From: Octopus sinensis
Lineage: Eukaryota
DNA: 64,000 nt
Assembly (NCBI RefSeq): GCF_006345805.1
Contig: NC_043011.1
Coordinates: 47,690,464 to 47,754,463 of the forward strand
Direction of reading: 5' to 3'
Below the pieces are notes generated by a model. The model had not been told where the DNA came from. It ran no database searches and saw only the letters and a list, made by a program, of their open reading frames with translations. The position numbers and the translations under genes are program-made. Shown one piece after another: positions 12,560-25,065 of the stretch (positions within the stretch are counted from its first letter, which is position 1; every line of letters starts with the position of its first letter).

Positions 12560-13320
12560 CATTTTTGTGATCACATTGAGGTGTATAATTTAGTGTCGGA
12601 CGGTGCCATCGATCATCAAGTAGAGTAAAGCTGAGATTAATGAAATGGATCACAGAAGAGGATCATGCACAGGATGTTAGTTCCAAAAGTAAATGTAATT
12701 CAGCCATGTGTGAAGTGCTAGACATGAAATGCACAGGTGGAGGAAGAAATTTTATAAGTGGGACAGAATGTATTGAGAATAAATAGATCATTAATTAAAA
12801 TGGGCCAGGTAGAGGCAAAGATAGGAGAAGAGTTAAAGAGGTGAGACTCTCTGGAGAAAATAAAAGTATTAATTGGAAGTTATTGCATGGTAACTGTGAA
12901 CATCAGACACCAAAGTTAAGAACTCACCTGTCTTGGGAATGGCTTTCCTTATTAGTGAAAGTGATCAGTGTCATCTTAATGGAATTAGTATAGTAAAGTG
13001 TCACTAATATGGTAAGTGAGTGTAAAGTACTAATTCCAAAGGAATGATAAAAAAGACGTGACAAACATTGACCATAACTTCATTGGAGTCTGGTATTTAA
13101 GTGGTACAATTATTGTCCATAATGTGTCCTAGATAGCAGAGAGAAATCTAAGACATTATGATATTTCTCTATACAAAGACTTGATATTATAGCTGTAATC
13201 AACAGACTTCATATTATTGTGGTAAACAGGAATAGGTGTGAATGCCAGTTTATTAATGTTACCATTCTGCGAGACCAAAATATAACCATGAAAAGAATTT
13301 AGAGAAATAATTGACTATAA
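12560..13320 (-). pseudogene. Possible very old LINE (APE-region-like) remnant
   Basis: Higher GC, non-repetitive; patchy translations such as TNKESHSQDR*VLNFGV and LLDDRWHRPTLNY are only weakly LINE-like. Confidence 0.2.
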
Positions 13321-13440
13321 TGACAAAGATTGAGATTGCATGAAATTCTATCCTGATAATACAGTTCTATATTTAAGAGATGAGGAATTATGTACATTAT
13401 TTACATTTGATGGATATTTGTCCTCATCTTGTTTGTTATT

Positions 13441-13486
13441 AACACAACATTTTGGCTGATATACCCTCCAGCCTTCATCAGGTGTC
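13441..13486 (-). ncRNA. Degenerate minimal type I hammerhead motif (left arm)
   Basis: GACAC-CTGATGA-A-GGCTG-GAGGGTATAT-CAGCC-AAAAT-GTT-GTGTT; differs from GAAAC-GTT by two CpG-type transitions. Confidence 0.55.
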
Positions 13487-13669
13487 TTGGGGAAATTTTG
13501 AACCTGGGTTCTCATTCCTAAGGTATTTTTTTTATATTATTATTATTATCATTATTATTATTCAGGTCACTGCCAGGAATCAAACTCGGAATCTTGGGGT
13601 TAGTAGTTTGCGCTCTAAACCACAATGGCCATACGGTGTAGTGGTTAAGAGTTTAATTCCAGGTAGTGA

Positions 13670-13716
<47 letters not shown>

Positions 13717-13763
13717 TCAAAAAATACCTTAGGAATGAGAACCCAGGTTCGAAAATTCCCCAA

Positions 13764-13809
13764 GACACCTGATGAAGGCTGGAGGGTATATAAGCCAAAA
13801 TGTTGTGTT
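13764..13809 (+). ncRNA. Degenerate minimal type I hammerhead motif (right arm)
   Basis: Same as left arm plus a C>A change in stem II. Confidence 0.5.
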
Positions 13810-14429
13810 AACAACAAACAAGAAGAGGACAAATATCCGTCAAATGTAAATAATGTATTCTATCCTGATTTAGTTGACAGAACTACCAAACATCAAAATA
13901 ATCCACATCATCATAGAAAATTTAGGTCTGATATCACTGAGACTGGGAGGTTAGCATGAACTGATCAACTTCAGATGATGACTTGCTCTCCTTCAAAAGA
14001 CTCCCTGGTTAGGAACTGAACATGGAACCAGTAAAAGGGATGTCTAGCTAAGACTGCTGTCGAGATTCAACTGGCAATGAAATATACAGTAGCTATCATA
14101 TGTGCTGTGCAAACTATTTGTGATGATAATGGTGATCATGGCTATGATGATGAATACAAGATTATATTTTTCATTAACATCTCATATTTCTTTCCCATAT
14201 ATAATTTTTCTACAATATTTTAAAAAGCTAATTAATATTTAATTATCTAAACATTTATTTACGACACGTACATAAATACATACATATATGATGAATGTAT
14301 ACATTTTTGTAAATGTATATAGATTAATATGTTTATGCAAATACAAAACTATACAGAAAAAGGAAACCAATGCTGAAGAATGTATATAAGACTTAATGAT
14401 AACAAAACAATACATAAGATTTATATAGG

Positions 14430-15159
14430 CACACACATACACACACACATGTGTATATGTAAGATTGTTAACAAAAACTAAATGCCTCATGAAATATGAT
14501 AACAAAACAGAATTGGCTAAAGTGAGATAAAACTTCAATATTCCCCAAGCTGTGTAAGTATAGATGTGCTACTGCATATACATATGCCTGCGTGAGCAGA
14601 TATACTTATATATAGGTGTACATGTGTATAGGTACATGTACATATATACATATGCATATATATATATGTATGTACATGCACATTCATACATATGCACACA
14701 TTTATACATACACATACATACACACATATATGCATATATATATACACACACACATATATGTACATATACACAAACATATATATATAAACATTCATATATA
14801 TATATAGACAAATACGTATACATATATATACACACATATATACATACACATACATTACATAATACATATATACACATACATACATGCATTACATACATAC
14901 GTTACATACACACATACACACACACACATATATATATATATACATACACACATACACATGCATATATATTTATATACAAAATCCACTACAATTAAATGAA
15001 ATATAACTTCTATGCAAAGTACCAAGTCTGTTTTTCTTTCATTTGCCCACTTAAACATACATGCGCGTGTGCACACATACACACACGCATGACAGTCAAT
15101 TAATCACCATGTACACATATTTATTTATAAATGATTTGAATATATATATATATACATAC

Positions 15160-15210
<51 letters not shown>
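14430..15210. repeat. Compound (CA)n/(TA)n/(TACA)n microsatellite
   Basis: Seen directly; explains local ORFs. Confidence 0.95.
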
Positions 15211-15213
<3 letters not shown>

Positions 15214-15214
<1 letters not shown>

Positions 15215-15819
15215 ATTCTTTTCTCATGAATTTACAACAAAATTGCTGTCTGTTTCAGAGATGAATAGATCAACTAATTGTCTTCTATAGAACTATGATA
15301 AAACAATGAAAATTATATACAAACATTATCATATAAATATACAGATTTTTTGAGCTTTTATTTTTCAGTATTGTTCTGTTTTTGTTGGTTTATTACACAT
15401 GGACAACATTGTTTTATTTAATCAAATTCTCATTTTATGTATCCTTTATATATTTATATATATTGTGTGTGTGAGTGCATCTATATATGCATGTGTCTTA
15501 TATATATATATATATCATATATATATATATATATTATTCTTTTCTCATGAATTTACAACAAAATTGCTGTCTGTTTCAGAGATGAATAGAATCAACTAAT
15601 TGTCTTTCTATAGAACTATGATAAAACAATGAAAATTATATACAAACATTATCATATAAATATACAGATTTTTTGAGCTTTTATTTTTCAGTATTGTTCT
15701 GTTTTTGTTGGTTTATTACACATGGACAACATTGTTTTATTTAATCAAATTCTCATTTTATGTATCCTTTATATATTTATATATATTGTGTGTGTGAGTG
15801 CATCTATATATGCATGTGT

Positions 15820-15855
<36 letters not shown>
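15214..15855 (+). repeat. Tandem duplication, period about 321 bp, bounded by (TA)n
   Basis: Units start 15214 and 15535; near-identical apart from 1-nt indels and TA-run lengths. Confidence 0.95.
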
Positions 15856-15857
<2 letters not shown>

Positions 15858-16509
15858 ATTAATATATTCCATTGTTTCAACTGGATGTATAAATCATTAG
15901 TATAAGCTGAGAAAGTATAGAGAAAGGAGAGAAAGTAATGATATCTACATGGGATTTGATGATTTTCTTAACTTTTCATTTAAAACTATGCACATTTTTA
16001 ATGCACTAACATTCATCATATGGCCATATGAATTTTCATACAAATATATTTAAGTCAGTGAATTGGCTGATTCTTTAGAGAGTTGGATAAAATATCTGCC
16101 ACAGTTTTGAATCTATTTGCTCGAAGTTCAAATGCTGCTGGGGGTCTGCTAGGCTTTTCGTTTAATTGAGTTTCAAAAAAAAAAAGAGAAAAACCCAATC
16201 TGGGACAGTTGATTGGCATGACTGTAAATGATGGGACAGGGTGCTTTGTAGTATTTGTCCCATTCTGAGTTAAAATCCATTCCCACCTGACATATTTGGT
16301 AGACTTTATCTATCCCAAGGTTTAGCGCCACCATTTCATAATATTGGTACCTTTAGCAGACAATTCTGTGACAAGCATTCTGGTTTAGCACCTGCTGTGA
16401 GAATAACATTCTAACCAGTCTTCTGAGTCCTGGAAAGGATAATAGGGTAACAGGCATTGCCTTCCCTTCAGACTAATAGATACAAAAAATCCCTATTGAA
16501 ATGCATGAA

Positions 16510-16590
<81 letters not shown>

Positions 16591-17107
16591 GAGTATATTT
16601 TTACCTTGTTAACAATTAACACGGAAAAATAAATAAATAGTTACCAGGGCATATAAGTAGTCTCTATCATTATATATAATTTAAACTTTAATTTCCTTTA
16701 TATTTAACATTCACTATTAATATCCCTACTCTTTCTGTTAGCTACTTATGACATTATATCATATAACGTTTTTTAAACAATATTAATAGCGTTCTGTCTA
16801 TCGCTATACAAATCCATCATTTTTTGCTAAAATGTCTTATTGACGAGTTTCGTTTATTTCACTTTCCTGAGGAGAAGATTGCATTGTTTATACCATTTAT
16901 TCTTTTGTATAGTATCTGTGGAATTTTCGGGTCAAAATAAGATAATTATATACACCTTTCTCCATGTGATTGGCTTGAAAAACTGTTAACACACTAGGAT
17001 ATTTTCCCACTTTACTTAACATGAAACCAATGGTAGCCTTAATATACAAATAAAGAAATTCTATCCACAAATATGGTGTTGAACACTGCTTTTCATTGTT
17101 CAACAAT

Positions 17108-17142
<35 letters not shown>

Positions 17143-17794
17143 ATATATATAAATACACACACACACTACATTAACTCTCTGACTTCATTAATTCATTAAT
17201 TACATAATCATGGAATCACCAAATAAAGTTGCCTCTTGTTCTTGCTGACAACAACAAAGATCCTTATTTAAGGATCTTTCTATCCTGTTTTACCTCGATC
17301 TTTCCAATAACAGGATACTTGGATCATGTAAATTCCTTACACATTAACATGAGCCACTTAATCAAGTATTCCAGAAACAGCTGTAGTGGAATTTACTTAT
17401 TTACCATAACTGTCCTATGTTTTATTTATACTTTATTTCTAGTCACTATTATAAAGTAAATATCCTCAAAAAATTCCTAAATGTTTTGCTTGTCCAGCTT
17501 CAATTTCTGATCTATTTATACCTGCTAAATCAGGTATTGCTTTTAGCCACCTTAGATTGGAAATTTTAACACCTCATTTCCATTTGCACTTGAAGCTGAA
17601 GTTTTAGTGGTAAACAAATCTAAGCATTCATTGTACATATCTCTTAATATATGTCAATTGATGTGTTCTCCTTGCAATTGCTATACTGTATATATATATA
17701 TATATATATATGCGTGTGTATGTGTGTGTATATATATATATACACACACAGACATATATATTTATGTATACACACACACTCACACACAATGTGC

Positions 17795-17828
<34 letters not shown>

Positions 17829-18479
17829 CTCCATAAACATATGCTAACATGAATATATCATGTACACACACAGAATTTACATCTCTACATATTTGCTTAA
17901 TGCATACTAACACCCAAAGATGCAAAATTGTTTGTGTCTGGGCATACAAGCTGTGTGTGTGTGTGATTGGACACACAAATGTTTACACACCCACATGCAT
18001 AAATGTCATACACTTTGAAATGTAAACGTACATGCGTATATAATATATTCATATATATATCACAATACACACACACACATATACCTTCAAATTATATATA
18101 ATATCATGCAGTGTGCGCATGCATATGTGTGCATCAAAGTAGTGTGTGTGTGTGTGTGTTTATGTGTGTGTGTGTTTATGTGTGTGTGAACAGCTGTAAA
18201 GAATAAGCTTGATAGATATATTTACACATTGATTACATCTCAAAGAATTAAGAAGATGGAAAAGAAACAGTAACTAACGACAACAACAACAACACGTAGA
18301 ACAACAATATAATCACCATGTTTCCATTATATACATTTCTAAGATAATATATCCTTTTAATAACCACTATATTGAAGTATGTTTTCATGTTTTTGTTAGT
18401 GTTGATCGGTTTTGTTATTCCATCTCCTGAGACTTCAGTTTTTAGACTAAGGAAATTTACTAATTCATTTCAAAATATA

Positions 18480-18711
18480 TCTTTCAAATTTTAATTATTC
18501 TTGTTTTAACTCAACAGCATATTTTGCAATTTCTTTTGTCTCAAATAAATTCCTTCCTTTCATTAGGCACTCACTCAGACACACACACACACACACCACA
18601 CACACAAATAAATATCTGTGTACATGTATATGTAATGGACTGGCATAGTTGATGCTTATATATGAGTGTGTGCCTGTATATGTATACATGTATGTGTGTG
18701 CTTAAATTTAA

Positions 18712-18744
<33 letters not shown>

Positions 18745-19130
18745 AACACATTCACAAACAATGTACACAAGCAAGTATACCATTATATATATATATTTAT
18801 ATATATATATACTGTAATTATACCATACAAACTTCTACAATTATACACATTTATGCACATGTAAGCGTACAAACATATATGTATGTATGTATATATGTTG
18901 CATATATATATAGTGTGTGTGTATGTATGTATATATAGTGTGTGTGTATATATGTATATATATATATGTGTGTGGTGTGTATATATATATATATATATTA
19001 TATATATATAATGACATTTTATGTGTATATATTTATATATATCACATTTTATGTATATGCATATATATATATGTATATTATATATATATAATATATATAT
19101 AGTGTGTGTATACACACACGCACTTAACAT
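18480..19130. repeat. Compound TA/TG microsatellite region
   Basis: Seen directly. Confidence 0.9.
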
Positions 19131-19137
19131 CTTACCA

Positions 19138-19490
19138 CTGCTGTGTGGTAAAATATTTGCTTCCCAACCACATGATTCCAGGTTCAGTCCTACTGCAAGG
19201 CATCTTGGGCAAATGTCTTCTGCTATAATCTTGGGCCAAACAAGAGTATGCGTGTGTGTGTATATATATGTGTGCGTGTCTTCCTGTATGAGTTTGTCCT
19301 CCAGCAACGCTTGCCAACCTGTGTTGGTTTGTTTATATTCTCATTACTTAGTGGTTTGGTAAAATGGCCACTTGAATAAGTACCAAGATTTTTTTTAAAT
19401 AACTAGTGGAGAGTCTACTTTTTTGACTAAACTTTTCAAAGTGGTGCCCCAGTATGGCCAGAGTTCAATGACTGAAACAAGGTAACAGGT
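19138..19490 (+). mobile_element. SINE family 1, diverged
   Basis: Head, centre and tail recognisable. Confidence 0.8.
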
Positions 19491-19609
19491 ATAATATTTA
19501 TGCAATCATAAACATCTACCTGTAATAGTATGCATATGTATATGTACATGTGTGTGTGTGGGGGGGTGACATATCTGGAGGAACATTATAAGATCACATC
19601 ATTATATTC

Positions 19610-19802
19610 CTTTATTTGTTTCAGTCATTTGACTGTGGACATGCTGGAGCATCGCCTTTAATTGAACAAATTGACCCTATGAGTTATTCTTTGCCAGCCT
19701 AGTACTTATTCTATCGGTCTCTTTCGCTGAACCACTATGTTATAGGGAAGTAAACATACCAACATCAGTTGTCAAGCAATGGCAGGGGGACAAACACAGA
19801 CA

Positions 19803-19841
<39 letters not shown>

Positions 19842-20068
19842 CGTGTATGTGTGTATGTATGTATGTGTGTATGTTTGTGTGTCTGTGTTTGCACCCACCA
19901 TTGCTTGACAACTGATGCTGGTTTGTTTACATCCTTGTAACTTAGCAGTTCGGCAAAGAGCCCAATAGAATAAGTACTAAGCTTACAAAGAATAAGTCCT
20001 GGGGTTGATTTGCTCCAGCATGGCCACAGTCACATGACTGAAACAAAAGAATAAAAGAGTAAAAAGAG
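19610..20068. mobile_element. Two 3' halves of SINE family 1 in inverted, tail-out arrangement around (GT)n
   Basis: 19610-19803 minus; 19865-20068 plus. Confidence 0.8.
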
Positions 20069-20459
20069 TATCTATATATATATATATATATATATATATC
20101 TATATGGTCATATAAGCTGTGGTACTCAGTTATGGGAAGTGCATGTATGTATGTATGTATACATATACATGTATGTGCGTACACACACACACAGATATAT
20201 ATATATATATATATATATAAACCCAGCTATATAAGAGGAAGGAGAGAGGTTGAGACAATGATGAATAGAGAGAAAAGCAAACTGAGAGTAAAAGGACAAA
20301 TATAAATGTGGAGTGTGCGAAAGTTGTGAAGGAGAAATAATTCAAATAGTCAACACAAACGGACCCTGTAGGAGAGTTTGAACCAATTTTCTCCATGTTA
20401 GAAGATATGTTTAAAACTAGTGAGCTATAAATACCAACAAACTTTTCCTTCAGTTAGTT

Positions 20460-20484
20460 GATAATACACACATACATACATACA

Positions 20485-20518
<34 letters not shown>

Positions 20519-20554
20519 CATACATACATACATATATATATATTATATATACAT

Positions 20555-20585
<31 letters not shown>

Positions 20586-20814
20586 CACATGCATATATAT
20601 ATATATGCACACATATATATATACATATATATATATATATACACACTCACACATATGTACACACAGACATATATACATATACACACACATATATATATAC
20701 ACACACATATATACATATACACACACATACATATATATACCCACACATATATATATACACACACACATATATATACATGTATATATATATATACACACAC
20801 ATACACACACATGC

Positions 20815-20845
<31 letters not shown>

Positions 20846-20888
20846 TATATACACACACACACGCATATATATACACACACACACACGC

Positions 20889-20933
<45 letters not shown>

Positions 20934-20995
20934 CATACACACACACATATATATATATATAATAATATATATATATATATGTGTGTGTGTATATA
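20460..20995. repeat. Long compound (CATA)n/(CA)n/(TA)n microsatellite
   Basis: Seen directly. Confidence 0.95.
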
Positions 20996-21459
20996 AGGGG
21001 ATGTAGACAAACATTTGTAAATATGAGAGTCAGCCTAGCAGAGACACAGCAAGCTGAACTATATACGGTGGGGGAAAATCAACAAATCAGTGCTGATATT
21101 AGCATTGAAGTCTTAATTCAGTGAAGCAGTGTATCAGTGTTTATCAAAACAGTAGTTAATTAAGTACTAATGCTGCAAAGCTTCCTGTCTTTTTAATTTC
21201 TTCACATACCCTAGAAAGTTCCAGCCTTCTTGTTTGATGATGTTTGATTTGAACACAACCTGATTTTTATGGTGAGAGCTTAATTTGTAAATGCAAAGGA
21301 AATGGTCTGTTTGGGAATCGGTAAACTGAACAATCTTTCAATGTCATGTTTAATACTGTCACTGTAAATGATGTCTGATACTGTTGTTGCTTAAGTCAAC
21401 ACAACAAGCAACACTTACTTTGCCATGAGGCAATTATTATCATCATTATTATTATTATT

Positions 21460-21830
21460 AGCGAACTGACAAAATTGTTACTGCGCTGGGTGAAATGCTT
21501 TGCGGCGTTTCATCTGTCTTTACGTTCTGAGTTCAAATTCTGCCGAGGCTGACTTTGCCTTTCAACCTTTCAGGGTCTGTAATATAAGTACCAGTTGAGT
21601 ACTAGGGTTGATGTAATCGACTTAACCACTCCCCCAATATTGCTGGCCTTGTGTCACAGTTTGAAACTGTTAGGAGTGGCTGTGTGGTAAGTAGCTTGCT
21701 TATGAAGCACATAATTCCGGGTTCAGTCCCACTGCATGGCACCTTGGGCAAGTGTCTTCTACTATAGCCTCGGGCCGACCAAATTCTTGTTAATGGATTT
21801 GGTAGATGGAAACTGAAAGAAGCCTGTCAT
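21460..21830 (+). mobile_element. SINE family 2 followed by 5' half of SINE family 1
   Basis: Family motifs at about 21460-21665 and 21672-21830. Confidence 0.8.
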
Positions 21831-21834
21831 ATGC

Positions 21835-21893
<59 letters not shown>

Positions 21894-22309
21894 CATAACT
21901 CTCTCAGTTACTTAATGTATTTTTTTTTATCTCATGCTGCAATCAAGAATTCTCCAGTCTCACCTTTGAGGACCACTCTACTGTTTTGCCAGTTTGGAAG
22001 TGTTATTTCTCTATTTCCATCTTGTTCAGTTGTTTCCAATTATTGGCCATGAAAGGCATTTTGTTACCCCTGTTTTTGCACGGTATTCTGTAATCCCACA
22101 TATACATTTTTTAACAGTTCCCAGTGTTGTTCCTCTGTTTGTGTTGCATCTGAGTATACTATAATATTATATAAAACTTCTAGCTCACTATACCCATGAT
22201 AAAGGTATTCTTTGTAAATCAGAGTTTGAGAAGCGTATTTTCAATGCAGTTTTATTTTTCCCATTTTCAACAACATTCATCTTTATGGAAGATTAATGTT
22301 AAATACTAA

Positions 22310-22458
22310 TTTCATTTCTGTTCTCTGATGGATGCAGTGAACCATATGTCCAACAGAAGAAAAACCATAGAAGGGCTTATGTAATTATGTTTACCTGTGA
22401 CAAACATATGCAATGTTTTTAATAACATGTAACAAATACTTTTTGTTCATTTGTAAAT
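22310..22458 (-). repeat. Left arm of about 150-bp inverted repeat (partner 24917-25065)
   Basis: Reverse complement matches 24917-25065 at roughly 90% by eye. Confidence 0.85.
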
Positions 22459-22835
22459 ACAGTTGCACAATTTTGACAGGATCTGATGGGCTGGAGAACT
22501 GCATCATGCTCTGGTGTCTGCTTTGGCAGAGTTTCTACAGCTGAGTGTCCTTTCTTATGCCAACCACTGGTGCTTTTTTCATGGCACCTGCATTAGTGAG
22601 ATCACCATTGTAGCTTGCAAGACTAAGATCACCAACATCTGAATGGGACTATAGTACAGACAGAGGCAGCATTGTGGTAAGTGTTAAGAAATTGAAATAT
22701 GAAAGGAAGTAGAATGAGTTTCTTGCTGTAGAGAAGATACATTGATGTCTGTTATCTTTATATCTATTGTACTTGCAGTTTTCTAATCATCAGGCAATAC
22801 AGTTACTAGTATGACAATCTTTGCATTCTCTAGAG

Positions 22836-23037
22836 CAGTGGTTTTCAACCAGGGTTCCACCAGTACAGTCCAGGGGTTCCGTAAGAAGTTACAAAACTGC
22901 TAAAATCGGCAGTAACTTTTAAATTCTCCTGTGCAGATATGTGTGCATAAAACTATTAAATTATTGCACAGGGGTTCTTCGAGCCAGTGGAATGTTTTCT
23001 TGGGGTTCGGCTCCAGCAAAAAATTTGAAAAGCACTG
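22836..23037. mobile_element. hAT (Charlie-type) MITE
   Basis: TIR CAGTGGTTTTCAA / TTGAAAAGCACTG; perfect 8-bp TSD CTCTAGAG at 22828-22835 and 23038-23045. Confidence 0.92.
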
Positions 23038-23686
23038 CTCTAGAGGTTTAGGCAATAGGCAAGAGTGATGGCATTCTTGGCAAAACTTTTGGTTTTGATG
23101 AAGACCAACTGGAGAACCTGTTCTAGAATGACTTTCAACCTGGGTACTATGAAAAGTTTCCACAAATTCCTGGCTTGTCACAGCTATTAGCGACCATTTG
23201 TGGTTTGGAATAAATTCTACATAAATAGTAATGCTGTCAGCTGGGATTGTCTGAGATGTTCACAGAGTGATGAAACTAGTCTGCCAGACATTTCTGCAGA
23301 GCTGGCTGCACAAATTCTAGTTATGCCACAGTGAACTTGCAAATAGTTTGCTGTCTTCTGTATGGACGACGTTGCACAGATCTGATAACAGGATGTCACT
23401 CATAAATATTGCAACCTTAATCATTATTACCATGCATGTTAATCAACTTTATAATACAATGTGATTCATTCCTTGTAAATTAATTATCATAAACACATCA
23501 ATAATAGCAATAATTTGTAGCTGATAACTACATGATATCATTCATAATAACATGGTATTAATTAACAGTAGTTATATCATCATCATCATCATCATGAAAG
23601 TATCATTTTCTCACACGATGATTATCGACATATTCCATCAGTAATGTAATGATATAATTTTTATCTTCTTTCCCTTCATCTTCCAG

Positions 23687-23715
23687 TTGTTAAATAACTA
23701 CTTCCTAGACACCAG
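23687..23715 (+). CDS. Candidate short exon (phase 0 to 2)
   Basis: Long pyrimidine tract ending ttccag; LLNNYFLDT(R); donor AG|GTATCC; phase-compatible with 26659-26734. Confidence 0.25.
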
Positions 23716-24180
23716 GTATCCGACATTTGACACTAATGAAAAGTCTTACATGCTCTAGGAGCAGACTCCATTCTTGTTTTCTCATTTATTACTTATTTTC
23801 CACATTCCGTTCTTCAACAATAAGATTACAGGTAATAAGAAAAAAATGGCAAAGAACCTTGAACCCCCCCCACCAAAAAAAAGGGAACAAAACTACATAT
23901 CTAAAGAATGCTAACTACAAAGAGACATCATTCCCACACACACACTCTTTACTCTCTTTTACGCTTTTATTTGTTTCAGTCATTTGACTGTGGCCATGCT
24001 GGAGCACCGCCTTTAGTAGAGCAAATCGACCCCAGGACTTATTCTTTGTAAGCCTAGTACTTATTCTATCAGTCTTTTTTGCCGAACCGCTAAGTTATGG
24101 GGACCTAATCACACCAGCATAGGTTGTCAAGCGATGCTGTGGGGGGACAAACACAGACACACAAACATATACACACACAT

Positions 24181-24221
<41 letters not shown>

Positions 24222-24299
24222 CGACGGACTTCTTTCAGTTTCCGTCTACCAAATCCACTTACAAGGCTTTGGTCAGCCCGAAGCTATAGTAGAAGACAC

Positions 24300-24824
24300 A
24301 GAGCTGTGGCCATGCTGATGCACTGCTGTTTAAAATGTAAGTGTTCCCATGCCAGGAATCGAACCCGGGCCACCTGGGTGAAAGCCAGAAATCCTAACCA
24401 CTTTCTGTCCTTAATGCTGCTCATTCATGTGCACTAACCCTCAAACTTCTTTTTCTCCCCATCACCTCCTTCTCAAAGTTTTTCCTTTCTCTTCCCTTAT
24501 TTTCTTATCATCATCTCTTTCTCTCTCCCTCAAACACACACTTTCACTTTCCATTTTGCTCACTTATTCTCTCTCTCACATTCATGCCTTCACCAATTTT
24601 TCTACTCTTATACTTTGTCACAATCTATTTTTTTTTTATTGTTTACATGAATTCGTCTGAAGAAGAAAAGTGGTACCCATAACCATTTTCAGGACTTCTA
24701 TAATGAGTGGCAGGAAAAGAGGCAGTCATCTACAAACTTGAGACTTAGCCTAGTAGCCATGCAGATCTCTCTGCAGGAATTTGCTCTGCCCCACTCTTCA
24801 TCATCATCATCATTGTTTAACGTC
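24300..24824 (+). repeat. Copy of segment 35994-36518
   Basis: Same length; three substitutions seen by eye. Confidence 0.95.
24344..24402 (-). pseudogene. 5'-truncated tRNA-Glu(TTC) pseudogene (within copied block)
   Basis: Identical to 36038-36096. Confidence 0.85.
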
Positions 24825-24916
24825 AGTTGAACTGAACCCAGAACCATGTGGTTGGTAAGCAAGCTACTTACCACACAGCCACTTCTACGCCTATCTATGA
24901 AAAGGTGAATGCTTAT

Positions 24917-25065
24917 GTTTACAAATGAACAAAAAGTATTCAATACATGTTATTAAAAACGTTGCATATGTTTGTCACAAGTAAACATGATTACATAAGC
25001 CCTTCTATAGTTTTTCTTCTGTTGGAGATATGGCTCACTGCATCCATCAGAGAACAGAAATGAAA
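24917..25065 (+). repeat. Right arm of about 150-bp inverted repeat
   Basis: Matches reverse complement of 22310-22458. Confidence 0.85.

Larger units (their letters stand above)
13358..13857. mobile_element. Head-to-head inverted dimer of family A (tRNA head, (TAA)n, HHR-like tail)
   Basis: Arms 13358-13632 (minus) and 13625-13857 (plus); centre palindrome ATGGCCAT 13625-13632; flanking direct repeat ATTCTATCCTGAT at 13345-13357 and 13857-13869. Confidence 0.9.
23945..24886 (-). mobile_element. SINE family 1 interrupted by a 525-bp insertion
   Basis: SINE stops at GAAGACAC (24299) and resumes at CAGTTGAACTGAACCC (24824). Confidence 0.9.

Noticed and set aside
16835-16870. GAAACTCGTC on the minus strand
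   Set aside because: No upstream CUGANGA or stems
21212-21272. Segment with good acceptor and GTGAGA donor
   Set aside because: Stops in all three frames; no support for a non-coding exon
23050-23400. Weak RT-like peptide DILLSDLCNVVHTEDSKLF on the minus strand
   Set aside because: Too degenerate to assign without a profile search
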